Shown here: in pieces, positions 30,589 through 40,113 of the stretch
How the letters are laid out: each line of letters begins with the position of its first letter
Numbering within the stretch: position 1 is the first letter of the stretch
Source: Spirochaetia bacterium
Lineage (GTDB): Bacteria; Spirochaetota; Spirochaetia; DSM-2461
Length of the DNA stretch: 64,000 nucleotides
Assembly: GCA_963666985.2 (NCBI GenBank)
Contig: CAXXIA010000003.1
Span: 96,001 to 160,000, forward strand
Reading direction: 5' to 3'
Made by a program: the position numbers and the translations under genes
The notes under the pieces: model-generated
Databases searched by the model: none
Seen by the model: only the letters and a program-made list of their open reading frames with translations
Told to the model about the DNA's origin: nothing

Positions 30589-30969
30589 TTACGACTCCAT
30601 TTCTTTCAGTGTGTTTAATACGATCCGGCGCGTTCTTCCGCGAACCTTGCCGATTTTCTCCATTTCGAGTAGAAAAGAATCGGCGATTTCTTCATTGCTT
30701 TTTCCCTCGAGGCGCAATTCATCAATATGTTTTCTATTTTCCAGCAGCATCCTTACCACCGGATCATCGCTTTTATTGCGAAAAACGAAAAACGAGAGAA
30801 AGGCGATGGCCAGAGAAACGCCCAAAGTTACCAGCATGTCATAATCGGGAGAAGGGATGAGCGGCCGAATCAGGGATTTCGGATTGCCCACATTAAAGAT
30901 TAAGTAAAAATCGATAAGCATCAGCGCCGCCAGGAGAATATAGAGCGCCATGGCCGTCTTTTTTTTCAT
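30589..30969 (-). CDS. Hypothetical membrane protein (2 TM)
   Basis: 126-aa ORF with two hydrophobic helices and RBS GAGG; abuts the next gene. Confidence 0.65.
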   Translation of the reverse strand: MKKKTAMALYILLAALMLIDFYLIFNVGNPKSLIRPLIPSPDYDMLVTLGVSLAIAFLSFFVFRNKSDDPVVRMLLENRKHIDELRLEGKSNEEIADSFLLEMEKIGKVRGRTRRIVLNTLKEMES

Positions 30970-30993
30970 CAGCTTTACACCTCGAATACGGCA

Positions 30994-31018
30994 AGGGGCC
31001 GTCTGTTCGACGGCCCCT
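30994..31018 (-). terminator. Hairpin / probable terminator after the NCS2 permease
   Basis: aggggccgtc-tgttc-gacggcccct, a perfect 10-bp stem. Confidence 0.6.
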
Positions 31019-31045
31019 ATAATAATCGATTAGAACCGGAATGTG

Positions 31046-32560
31046 TTACTCAACAACGCCGGTTGCCTGACCGACGGCCATGGCGGCCCATTCGGCTTCG
31101 GCTTTTTCCCAAGCTTCATCGCTGGCCTCTTCTTCCCAGTAGGTCAGGCCGCGTTCCGCACGTGTGGCTCCGGGGAGGATATTGTCCAGGAGCATGGTGA
31201 TGAAAGCGGTCATGGCCATACCTGTGGTCAGGATGGTCTGGATGATGTTGGTGATGATGTAGCCAAAAGAACCGGGGGCGCCGGTAACCATCGAATTGGC
31301 GCCGAAGTGAGCGGGGAACGTCAAACCGGCGAAAAGTCCGATACCGACGATGAACAGGTTTCGAGCGTTATTCATGTTGGTGAACTGCAGGTTCGACAAA
31401 CCGGTGGCGGCGATAAGACCGAACATGGCCATGAACAAAGCACCGACGATGGGCTGCGGGAGAGTCGCGAGAACCATGCCGAACTTCCCGAAGAAGGGAA
31501 TAATCAGCAGGATGACGCCCGCGAAGCGGAGAACGCGGCGGCTGGCCACACGGGTTAAGCCGATGGAACCGATATTCTCCGAATAAGAAGTGGTACCGTT
31601 ACAGGTTTGGAACAGGGAGGCTATCAGACATCCGATACCTTCGGCGCCGATACCCCTGCTGATCATCTTTTCGGTGGGAACCGGAGCTTCGGCGATTCTG
31701 GCGCAGGAGTAGTAATCGCCCACGGACTCAATCATCGAAGAAATATATCCGGCGATCATACCGAAGGCACCGGCCACGGTGATGGCGCTCATGGTGGGGA
31801 ATCCCCACTTAAAGGGAACGGCGGGCTTAATCCAGAACCAGGGAGCCGCCTGAATGAAGGCCAGTCCGGAGTACAGGTTGGCGGGATTATCTTCGGGAAT
31901 CCAGCCGGCGATTGTTCCGATGAAACAAACGCCCCAGGCGATGATAATGGCCAAAAGGAGCGGGAAGAGGGCGAAAACCTTGTGATGCCGTCCGAGAATC
32001 TGAGAAAAGATGATGATCATCAGAAGGGTGAACAGGGAAAGCCACCAGTTACCGGCCATCCAGGGAGCACCGACACCATAAAGAGCCAGTCCGATCATGG
32101 CGATGGTGGGACCGATAACGATGGGGCTGAAGGCCCGCTTGATCAAACCCATGAGACCCGAATAACCGATGATGATTTCAAACACGGAGGCGAACATAAC
32201 GGCCGCACAGACCTGCTGAATCATCACTTCATACCCGAATCCCTCCGCGGCACACATACCGACGATGGCGAACATGGGTCCCAGGAAGGAGAAGGTTCCG
32301 CCCTGGAGAATCGGCAGCTGGTTTCCGATGGGAGACTGCTGGATCAGCGTGGTGATACCGGCGCAGAAAAACATGGTGGAAATTAAAAGCGCCGTCTCTT
32401 CGACGGGCATTCCCATGGCACCGGAAATGATGATCGGAATGATTACGGTGGAACCGAATTGGGTTAATACCTGCTGGAATCCCAGAAGCAGGGCCGCTCC
32501 GAACTTGGGTTTCGATCCTATCGGATACAAAATCCAACCTTTTGATGTTGCGTCGTTCAT
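31046..32560 (-). CDS. NCS2/NAT family nucleobase (uracil/xanthine) permease
   Basis: GFQQVL, LPILQGGTFSF, ESVGDY, RGIGAEG and the NAT signature TTSYSENIGSIGLTRVASR. Confidence 0.93.
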   Translation of the reverse strand: MNDATSKGWILYPIGSKPKFGAALLLGFQQVLTQFGSTVIIPIIISGAMGMPVEETALLISTMFFCAGITTLIQQSPIGNQLPILQGGTFSFLGPMFAIVGMCAAEGFGYEVMIQQVCAAVMFASVFEIIIGYSGLMGLIKRAFSPIVIGPTIAMIGLALYGVGAPWMAGNWWLSLFTLLMIIIFSQILGRHHKVFALFPLLLAIIIAWGVCFIGTIAGWIPEDNPANLYSGLAFIQAAPWFWIKPAVPFKWGFPTMSAITVAGAFGMIAGYISSMIESVGDYYSCARIAEAPVPTEKMISRGIGAEGIGCLIASLFQTCNGTTSYSENIGSIGLTRVASRRVLRFAGVILLIIPFFGKFGMVLATLPQPIVGALFMAMFGLIAATGLSNLQFTNMNNARNLFIVGIGLFAGLTFPAHFGANSMVTGAPGSFGYIITNIIQTILTTGMAMTAFITMLLDNILPGATRAERGLTYWEEEASDEAWEKAEAEWAAMAVGQATGVVE

Positions 32561-32607
32561 TGTCCCTCCAAAGTGATTGATATTATCAATTTAGCATAAT
32601 CTTGACA

Positions 32608-32623
32608 TGCATAAATTATGCCA
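32608..32623 (-). promoter_or_regulatory. Sigma54 (-24/-12) promoter of the NCS2 permease
   Basis: Minus strand TGGCATAATTTATGCA (GG-N10-GC), about 50 bp upstream of the ATG. Confidence 0.75.
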
Positions 32624-32929
32624 ATTAATTATTTCAAGGAACCGGCAGAGTATTTCAGAGAGTATAACCCGGCTCCCGACAAAGATGTAGCTTTTTTTCA
32701 GCATATCATACATCTGTGTAGAAAATAACAGCTAAAAATATTCGCCGGGATATCATTCCCGCTGAGCTCTCATATTCTGCGGCGACTTCTTGAGAGCGGG
32801 AAGTTAATTCTTTTATTACGTTCTTCTTAAGTCCGGCATTTCATGCCATAATACGGTTCAATTCTTTATTTAACGGCCGTCTTCTGAAAGACGGTTTCTC
32901 ATAACGGCCGGTCCGAAAACAGGAGTTTC

Positions 32930-34246
32930 ATGAACGCAAGGCGGATTCCATTCTGGAGATCCTTCCTCACTCTTCTCATCGCCGCCTATGCCGTATCGAT
33001 GATTCTGCTTGTCGGGATTTTCACCATCCTCGTTTTTGAAAACCAGACCGACTTAATCGCCGAGAACGCTCTTTACGCAAGCCTGGCAACGGGCGAATCC
33101 ATACACAAGACGCTTGAGGAATTCAACTGCGCGAACGGAAATGATTGGCCCGAATGCGCGGTTCAGATCAGGCGGCATTATTTTTACGATCCTGAAACCC
33201 TTTTGTTATTGAAGTTCTTTAATGAGAACGGAGAACTCCTTTACTCCGAGGATGACGAAGAACCCTCTCTCAAAGACATCAGAGACGTTAATGCGGCCAT
33301 CGCGAAGCGGGAATTCGAAAACAAACTGTTTCATCACCGCGTGAATGTCGCCGACCGGTCCGTTGTTCTTTTCATCCCGTTTGTCTCAAACGATGATAAG
33401 GCTTATGTCGCGCAGGCGAATATGAAAATCGCCCAAATCGACGCCCGCATTACATACATGAACAGGCAGGCTCTGATAATTACGATAACCGTTATCCTCG
33501 TGCACGGAGCCTTCGCGGTATTCGCCTTCCGGACATTCATCAGGCCGCTGAGAATCCTGATGAAATCCATCGATAGAATCGCCGGCGGAGAATACGACGT
33601 CCTCATTCCCGAATTCGGCGCGATGGAATTCAATCTTCTCTCGGAAAAAATCCGCCAAATGGGATCGGCGGTGAGAGATATGCAGGATGCCGCCAGATCG
33701 GCGAATCCTCTGACCGGACTTCCCGGAAATGTCGAGATTCAGAAAAGAATCGGAAAAAGAATCGAATCGGAAGAACCGTTCTGCGTTCTCTACGCGGATT
33801 TGGATAACTTCAAGGCTTATAACGATTCATACGGATTCCACAAAGGTGACGATGTGATTCTTTTTACCCGAGATATCCTGATACGCGCCGTGGAGGAATC
33901 CTACGCCGAAGATGCATTCATCGGTCATGAAGGAGGCGACGATTTCGTCGTTATCAGCCGTATGGACGATTGGGAATCGATCGCAAACCGATGCGTTCGT
34001 CTTTTCGACGAAGGAATCAAGGATTTCTATTCGAAAGAAGACCGGGAAAAGAACGGCATTGAAACGATTGGAAGGGACGGAAACAAAACGTGGTATCCCA
34101 TCGGGAGTTTGTCCGTTGCGGTCGTCTCCAATGAAAATCGAAAATTCGGAAACATCGGTGAGGTGGCGAAAGTCGCCGCGGAAGTTAAAAAATTCGTTAA
34201 AGGAATAAAGGGATCGGCCTTCGCCATCGACCGGAGAATCGACTGA
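32930..34246 (+). CDS. Membrane-bound HAMP-GGDEF diguanylate cyclase
   Basis: 2 TM helices, HAMP, ANPLTGLPGN, DLDNFKAYNDSYGFHKGD and GHEGGDDF motifs. Confidence 0.92.
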   Translation: MNARRIPFWRSFLTLLIAAYAVSMILLVGIFTILVFENQTDLIAENALYASLATGESIHKTLEEFNCANGNDWPECAVQIRRHYFYDPETLLLLKFFNENGELLYSEDDEEPSLKDIRDVNAAIAKREFENKLFHHRVNVADRSVVLFIPFVSNDDKAYVAQANMKIAQIDARITYMNRQALIITITVILVHGAFAVFAFRTFIRPLRILMKSIDRIAGGEYDVLIPEFGAMEFNLLSEKIRQMGSAVRDMQDAARSANPLTGLPGNVEIQKRIGKRIESEEPFCVLYADLDNFKAYNDSYGFHKGDDVILFTRDILIRAVEESYAEDAFIGHEGGDDFVVISRMDDWESIANRCVRLFDEGIKDFYSKEDREKNGIETIGRDGNKTWYPIGSLSVAVVSNENRKFGNIGEVAKVAAEVKKFVKGIKGSAFAIDRRID

Positions 34247-34247
34247 C

Positions 34248-35777
34248 ATGGGAAGGATCGTTACAAATACGTTCCTGACACTCATCTTTATCGCCGCGGT
34301 CGTCGGCAGCATCAATTTCATTGCCGATCGGCGGATGGCGCGGATCGATCAGTCCCTGGAATCGGCATCGTTCGGCATCCGCGGTGAAGCGACTTTCAAT
34401 ATCAATGCGCGGCTGGATCTTTTAAGACGCCGATTATCCCATGGTGACTTCCCCGCGGAAGACTTTGAGACCGAAGCGAGGATGCAATCGCTGGTTTCGG
34501 GCATGCGTCTGTACGGCGGCGATGAGATGGAACAGTCCGAAAAAGACGGCGCGGAAGGACGCTCTTCGAACGTGTTCACCCGCGTATTCAATCGCCGATC
34601 GGATCATTCGGAGTTCGTTTTGGAACGGAAACGGCTTGTTGAAGAAGCTTTTTTCTGGGAACGAAACCGTGTTTATGCCAGAGCGATAGAACTGTACGGC
34701 AAGGCGCTGGGGCTTGCGAACCCCGCGGACCCCATATCCGATATCCTGCGCCTCCACGTCGCTTTCTGTCATTTAATGATCGCGGATTACGACGGCGCGG
34801 AAGAACGATGCCTGGAACTTGCGGGAACAAGCTTTAATACGGATGTCCGGAACTCCGCGCGGCTCATTCTCAATTTCATCGGCGAAGTAAGAACCACGGA
34901 CTTCACATTAACGAATTCGGAGAAGCGAAGCCTTGAACTCGGGAAAAATTTGTTCTTCGACGTAAACTATTCCGAAGCCCTCACGGAACTCGATTCTTTT
35001 TTGGATGGAGAAGAAAGCCATACGGGACAAAGCGAAGCCCGATACTATAAAGGCCGCTGTTACGAGGAATTGGGCCGGATTTCCGAAGCCGTTGAGGAAT
35101 ACAGGCGCATCATTCTTTTAAGCGAAAACAGTCAATGGTACCGCGAAGCGGGCAATCGTCTTTTGATTCTGGAAGCGTTTTACGGTGTTGAGATTGACGA
35201 CGACGACGCTCTTGCGGCCATGGGAATGGCATCGGCCGACGCCGGCATCAATGAATTGATCAGCACCCTCTCACCCCTGCTTACGGAAAGCCGTGATAAG
35301 AACGCGGAGTCACCTCAGATATCGGTATCCCCGGAAACATCGGAACAGGAAGAAGAAACCGGAGAGATTCTCGTAAAATCATCCCCTCCGGGTGCCCGGA
35401 TCAGCGTTGAAGGAAACGATGTCGGTACAAGCCCGCTTTTCGTTTCCGATCTTGCCTGCAAAGAGACGTCCGTTACGGCGGAATATGATGGGGAGGTCCG
35501 TTCCCTCAGCATCCTTGTAGAAGCCGGGGATATTGTTCCCGTGGAGTTCGATTTCCAACCTTCAACCGGTATTCTGGTTGTTGGGAGTTATTGGACCGAT
35601 TCCGAATTTTATCTCGATGATGAACGGATTTATCCGATTGACGGAGTCTTGAGGAATCAAACGCCGGGGCGCCATAAGCTTCGCGTAACGGGAAAATCCC
35701 TGGCGGGAACGGATGTTGCCTGGGAAGGCATGGTTACCGTGATTGCGGGAGATGTCGTCTCTCTCGCCGTACCCTAA
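34248..35777 (+). CDS. Membrane-anchored TPR + PEGA domain protein
   Basis: N-terminal TM, TPR motifs (ARYYKGRCYEELGRISEAVEEY) and PEGA (VKSSPPGARISVEG..VGTSPL). Confidence 0.8.
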   Translation: MGRIVTNTFLTLIFIAAVVGSINFIADRRMARIDQSLESASFGIRGEATFNINARLDLLRRRLSHGDFPAEDFETEARMQSLVSGMRLYGGDEMEQSEKDGAEGRSSNVFTRVFNRRSDHSEFVLERKRLVEEAFFWERNRVYARAIELYGKALGLANPADPISDILRLHVAFCHLMIADYDGAEERCLELAGTSFNTDVRNSARLILNFIGEVRTTDFTLTNSEKRSLELGKNLFFDVNYSEALTELDSFLDGEESHTGQSEARYYKGRCYEELGRISEAVEEYRRIILLSENSQWYREAGNRLLILEAFYGVEIDDDDALAAMGMASADAGINELISTLSPLLTESRDKNAESPQISVSPETSEQEEETGEILVKSSPPGARISVEGNDVGTSPLFVSDLACKETSVTAEYDGEVRSLSILVEAGDIVPVEFDFQPSTGILVVGSYWTDSEFYLDDERIYPIDGVLRNQTPGRHKLRVTGKSLAGTDVAWEGMVTVIAGDVVSLAVP

Positions 35778-35787
35778 CAGCCTGTTG

Positions 35788-35825
35788 AAAAAAGGGGCCG
35801 CTGCAATCCTATTTGCAGCAGCCCC
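35788..35825 (-). terminator. Intrinsic terminator after preA (convergent genes)
   Basis: ggggccgctgcaa...ttgcagcagcccc stem with an A6 tract on its left. Confidence 0.65.
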
Positions 35826-35851
35826 CGGTTCTCACGATAATCTGAAAAAAA

Positions 35852-37171
35852 TCAGCAGGTGAATCCGTCCTTGCCGCCAATACCGGCATAAGGCTCCCAC
35901 TTCAGTTCATTCTCCAAATCCTTGCCGAACACAGCGGTTTTCTGCCTTTGCCATGCGGCAGGCATCTCCTTGTACGAGATAAGACCGCTCACGGGACAAA
36001 CAAAAGAGCACAGCATACAGCTCAGGCACTTCTCTTCAATGAGTTTCGGACGACGAGCAGCAGTATCCCATTCCAGAGCCTGTCCGCCTGATTCCGTGCA
36101 GACCGTGTAGCACTGTCCGCAGCCGACGCAGCGGGAAAGGTCGTACTCGGCCACTCCCTGACGGTCCAAATCGAATAAATCGGTCCGGCCCAAGGTCGGC
36201 AGAGCCTTGCCGACCAGATCCTGGAGCCGGTCATAACCTTTGGAGGCCATCCAGTCCTGAAGCCCTTCAACCATATCCTGCACAATGACATAGCCGTAAT
36301 GCATAATGCCGGTCGTTACCTGAAGAGTGGAAGCGCCGACGAGAATGTATTCCAGGGCGTCCACCCAGGTTTCAATACCGCCCATTCCGGAAAGAGGCAA
36401 TTTCAGATTTTCATCTTTGGCCATATCGGCGATGAAGCGCAAACCGATGGGGCGCATGCCGGGTCCTGATGTACCGCTGATGGCGGCGTGTCCGTGGATG
36501 TTCGGTTTGGCGATAAACGTATCAAAATCAATGTCGCTGATGCCCGAAACCGTGTTGATGGCGGAAATCGCGTCGGCGCCGCCTTCCTTGGCCGCCATGG
36601 CCACGGGCACCACATCGGTAATGTTCGGCGTCATTTTGGCGATAATGGGAATCCCGACGGCCTTTTTCACCGCCTCGGTGTATTTCTCCACCGCCGCGAA
36701 ATCCTTCCCCGCGTCATGGCCCGATCCTTCAATAGTCATGTGAGGACAGGAGAAGTTGAGCTCCAGCATATCGGCTCCGTTGTCTTCGGAGATTTTCGCC
36801 AGATAGGTCCACTCATCTTCTTCAAAGCCCATGATGGAATAGATCAGTTTTCGATCGGGATATTTTTTCTTCAGATACAAGAGATCCAGCAGGTTGTCCT
36901 TGAGCGGACGATCGGAAATCTGCTCCACGTTCTGGACGGTCATCAATTTCCGGCTGCCGTAATTCCGTGAGTTCATTCTGGGAGAAGGATGATCGATGTT
37001 GATGCGATCGGAATTCAGTGTTTTATAGACCACGCCGGCCCAGCCGTAATCGAAAGCCATTTCCACCATTTCGGCGCTGTTGGAGACAGGCGAGGAAGAA
37101 AGCAGGAAGGGATTGATGAATTTTTGTCCGCAGAATTCGATGCCGACGTCGGGTTTCTTCTTTTTATCCAT
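35852..37171 (-). CDS. preA: NAD-dependent dihydropyrimidine dehydrogenase subunit PreA
   Basis: NPFLLSSSP, NVEQIS, LELNFSCPH, AKMTPNITD and AINT motifs; C-terminal 2x[4Fe-4S] (CVGCGQC, CLSCMLCSFVCP). Confidence 0.95.
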   Translation of the reverse strand: MDKKKKPDVGIEFCGQKFINPFLLSSSPVSNSAEMVEMAFDYGWAGVVYKTLNSDRINIDHPSPRMNSRNYGSRKLMTVQNVEQISDRPLKDNLLDLLYLKKKYPDRKLIYSIMGFEEDEWTYLAKISEDNGADMLELNFSCPHMTIEGSGHDAGKDFAAVEKYTEAVKKAVGIPIIAKMTPNITDVVPVAMAAKEGGADAISAINTVSGISDIDFDTFIAKPNIHGHAAISGTSGPGMRPIGLRFIADMAKDENLKLPLSGMGGIETWVDALEYILVGASTLQVTTGIMHYGYVIVQDMVEGLQDWMASKGYDRLQDLVGKALPTLGRTDLFDLDRQGVAEYDLSRCVGCGQCYTVCTESGGQALEWDTAARRPKLIEEKCLSCMLCSFVCPVSGLISYKEMPAAWQRQKTAVFGKDLENELKWEPYAGIGGKDGFTC

Positions 37172-37181
37172 GGATAACTCC

Positions 37182-38549
37182 TTATTTTCCTCTGCGAATA
37201 TACGCGTCGATGGCTTTCGCCGCCTTCTTGCCGTCGGCGACCGCTTCCACAACCAGAGCCGGTCCTCGGACGATGTCGCCTCCCGCGAAAATCCCCGGGA
37301 CCGATGTGGCTCCTGTTTCCTCATCGGCGCCCACCAAGCCTTTATCGTCCGTCTTTACGCTCGGATACGCGGAGGCCAAGCCGGAGGGCGCTTTATTTCC
37401 AACAGCTTCGATAACGATGTCGGCGCTCATAATCCACTCGGAACCTTCAACTTCCACGGGCCGTCTTCGACCGGAAGCATCGGGCGCGCCCAAAACCGTT
37501 CTGACGAGTTTCAGACCGGTGAGCTTTCCGGAGGCATCGGTAACGTATTCCACCGGCTGATTGAGAATATGAAAATTGACCCCGCAGCGGAGAGCGGCGA
37601 TGCGTTCTTCCTCTTCGGCGGGCATCTGGGTATAGGAGCGCCGATAAACCAGGTTCACCGATTCCGGATCGAGACGGATCGCGCCTTCAACGCTGTCCAT
37701 CGCCACCGAACCGCCGCCGACGACGGCCACTTTTTTGCCTTTAAATGTTTTTATAAGATCATCCAGCCTGCTGTCCCGGATGGCCGCAAGAAAGTCCACG
37801 GACGACCATCGGCCCTCGATGTCGCCGGCGTTGTCCACCACCGAAAACGAGTCCCAGAGACCGGGTCCCAGAAAAACGGCATCGAAGCCTTCAGTCAAAA
37901 GTTTTTCGGCCGCGCCGGAATTCTTTACGGGTGTATTGCACCGGATGGTTACGCCCAAGGATTTTACGTCCTCAATCTCTTTCGCCACAAAGTCCGAATC
38001 ACAGCGGAACGGCACCACACCGTAACGCAAGACGCCGCCGGGTTCCGGCAAAGCCTCGAAAATCGTTACCTCGTATCCCATCTTGGCCAATTCACCCGCA
38101 CAGCTCAAACCGGAAGGTCCCGAGCCCACAACGGCAATCTTGCCGGCGGCATCTCCTTCCACTTCCAGCGGCTGAAATCCGACGGATCTGCCGTATTCAA
38201 CGATGAATCTCTGCAAATCGCCGATTCTCACAGGACGATCGGAACCTCCGGGTCTGCCTTCGGATTTCATCACGGCGCTGCATTCCTTCTCGCAGAGCCT
38301 CTCGGTCGGGCAGAGGACTCCGCAGGCGCCGCCGAGGATATTATTCGTTTTTATGGTTCTCATGGCCCCGGTGTAATTCCGGAACTGAAATTTTCTAATA
38401 AACTCGCCCGGTTTCGTATCGGCCGGACAGGCTTTGGAACAGGGAGCATCATGACACAAGAGGCATCGCTCCGCTTCCACGACGGCCAAATCCATAGTCA
38501 TGCCTTCGGGCATACACCGGAATCGATCCTTCACGGTTTCCACGCTCAT
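37182..38549 (-). CDS. preT: Dihydropyrimidine dehydrogenase subunit PreT (GltD-like)
   Basis: EAERCLLCHDAPCSKACP, CGVLCPTERLCEKEC, GSGPSGL and FAGGDIVRG motifs; directly upstream of preA. Confidence 0.92.
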   Translation of the reverse strand: MSVETVKDRFRCMPEGMTMDLAVVEAERCLLCHDAPCSKACPADTKPGEFIRKFQFRNYTGAMRTIKTNNILGGACGVLCPTERLCEKECSAVMKSEGRPGGSDRPVRIGDLQRFIVEYGRSVGFQPLEVEGDAAGKIAVVGSGPSGLSCAGELAKMGYEVTIFEALPEPGGVLRYGVVPFRCDSDFVAKEIEDVKSLGVTIRCNTPVKNSGAAEKLLTEGFDAVFLGPGLWDSFSVVDNAGDIEGRWSSVDFLAAIRDSRLDDLIKTFKGKKVAVVGGGSVAMDSVEGAIRLDPESVNLVYRRSYTQMPAEEEERIAALRCGVNFHILNQPVEYVTDASGKLTGLKLVRTVLGAPDASGRRRPVEVEGSEWIMSADIVIEAVGNKAPSGLASAYPSVKTDDKGLVGADEETGATSVPGIFAGGDIVRGPALVVEAVADGKKAAKAIDAYIRRGK

Positions 38550-38708
38550 CAATCGTCCTCCTAAAAAATGAAAAACCCGGGGAAAGAACCGTTTACAAAG
38601 CGGCACTTCCACCTGGGCATCTAATACATGATAACATAAATCCGAGTGCTTATGTCATTTCTTCTTTATTGCGCGTGAAATTTCGTTCTGCCGGCTGTAT
38701 TCATAAAA

Positions 38709-38808
38709 TCCCCGCACCGAGGGGCGCGGGGACCGGTTCTGAGCACACACCGTAGAAATTACCGGCCTGCGCCCGCACCCTAAAAGACTCAGGTGCGGGG
38801 ACCGGTTC
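38709..38808. repeat. Pair of related hairpins (cccgcacc...gcggggaccggttc), the left one terminator-like for the TRAP operon
   Basis: gcggggaccggttc at 38726-38739 and 38795-38808, each closing a cccgcacc stem. Confidence 0.65.
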
Positions 38809-38845
38809 AAAGGACTTCTTGAAAATCCGTGTACATCCGGAACGG

Positions 38846-40111
38846 CTATCGCATCAAACCCGGTAAAAACAGCACCAGTTGGGGAATGAAAATCAGAAGC
38901 AGAAGAACGCAGAACAAAGGAATGATGAAAGGGATAATGGATTTCGCCAGTAAGGGAAACGGGATATCCCCCACCTTCGCGACGACAAAGAGCGACACTC
39001 CCATAGGCGGAGTAAGGATTCCGATCATCATGTTGAAAACAACAACCACGCCGAAATGAACCGGATCAATCCCCAGCTGAACGGCAATCGGCACCAGAAT
39101 GGGCACAACCAGCAGAATTATGGCCATGGTTTCGATAACGGTTCCCAGAACCAGAAGCAAAAGATTCACGGCCAAGAGAAAAACAATCGGATTCCCGATA
39201 TGCGTAATGAAAAAGGCCGCTATTTTCTGGGGGATTTGTTCCCTGGCCAAAACATATCCCATTACGGATATGGCGGCGGTGAGAAATCCGATAACCACGG
39301 TACTGCTCAATGTATCCTTAAGAACCTGCCGAAGTTTCTTAAAAGTGAAAGTCTTGTAATAAAAAATCCCGAGCAGAAGCGCATAAAGCGAGGTAACGGC
39401 CGCCGCTTCGGTGGGAGTGAAGATTCCGGAAAAGATTCCGGCGATGATGATGATGGGCGTTAAAAGAGCCGGAAAAGCATCGATAAAGGATACGGCTTTT
39501 TCTTTAAGAGAGGTTCTGGGATAGGTTTTATAATTCCGCTTTTTCGCGATGATATAAACCAGAATCATCAAAGAGAAGGAACATAAGATGGCGGGGATGA
39601 TACCGCCGATGAACAGACGTCCGACCGAAACGCTGGCGATGGCTCCGTAGATAACCAGCGGGATGCTCGGCGGCATGAGGGGGCCTACAACGCTGGAAGA
39701 CGCGGTAATGGCTCCGCTGAATCCGTCGTCATACCCTTCCTCCCGCATCGCCTGAATTTCAATTTTCCCCAAACCTCCGGCATCGGCGTGAGCGGAACCG
39801 GACATACCGGAAAAAAGAAGACTGGCGAAAATATTCACATGTCCCAATCCGCCGGGAATATGCCCCACCATCGCTTTGGCGAACCTGAAAATTCGATCGG
39901 TGATTCCGGTGGCGTTCATTAAATTTCCGCTGAAAATAAAAAAAGGAACAGCCAGAAGAGTATAGGAATTGACGCCGGCGACAATCCGCTGACTCGCCAG
40001 CATAATTCCTCCGTGAGTCAAGAGATATACAATGCTGACAATAAGAACCGTAAAGGTTATCGGCATTGATGAAATCAGCATTACGATCCAGCTAAAGAAG
40101 AAAGACCACAT
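38846..40111 (-). CDS. TRAP transporter large permease (DctM/SiaM)
   Basis: LLAVPFFIFSG.LM, GGLGHVNI, PPSIPLVIYG, FTPTEAAAV and GIDPVHFG..TPPMG motifs. Confidence 0.95.
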   Translation of the reverse strand: MWSFFFSWIVMLISSMPITFTVLIVSIVYLLTHGGIMLASQRIVAGVNSYTLLAVPFFIFSGNLMNATGITDRIFRFAKAMVGHIPGGLGHVNIFASLLFSGMSGSAHADAGGLGKIEIQAMREEGYDDGFSGAITASSSVVGPLMPPSIPLVIYGAIASVSVGRLFIGGIIPAILCSFSLMILVYIIAKKRNYKTYPRTSLKEKAVSFIDAFPALLTPIIIIAGIFSGIFTPTEAAAVTSLYALLLGIFYYKTFTFKKLRQVLKDTLSSTVVIGFLTAAISVMGYVLAREQIPQKIAAFFITHIGNPIVFLLAVNLLLLVLGTVIETMAIILLVVPILVPIAVQLGIDPVHFGVVVVFNMMIGILTPPMGVSLFVVAKVGDIPFPLLAKSIIPFIIPLFCVLLLLIFIPQLVLFLPGLMR

Positions 40112-40113
40112 AA

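Noticed and set aside
32750..32915. Hairpins upstream of the diguanylate cyclase as a c-di-GMP riboswitch
   Set aside because: No match to the class I or class II consensus features could be seen.
37080..38564. 494-aa plus-strand ORF (similarly 57184-58440, 19566-20561, 62165-63232)
   Set aside because: These are antisense to well-supported genes and are expected from GC-rich codon bias.
38740..38770. TTTCTAC on the minus strand upstream of preT as a purine riboswitch core
   Set aside because: The other conserved purine-riboswitch elements and the three-way junction are not evident.
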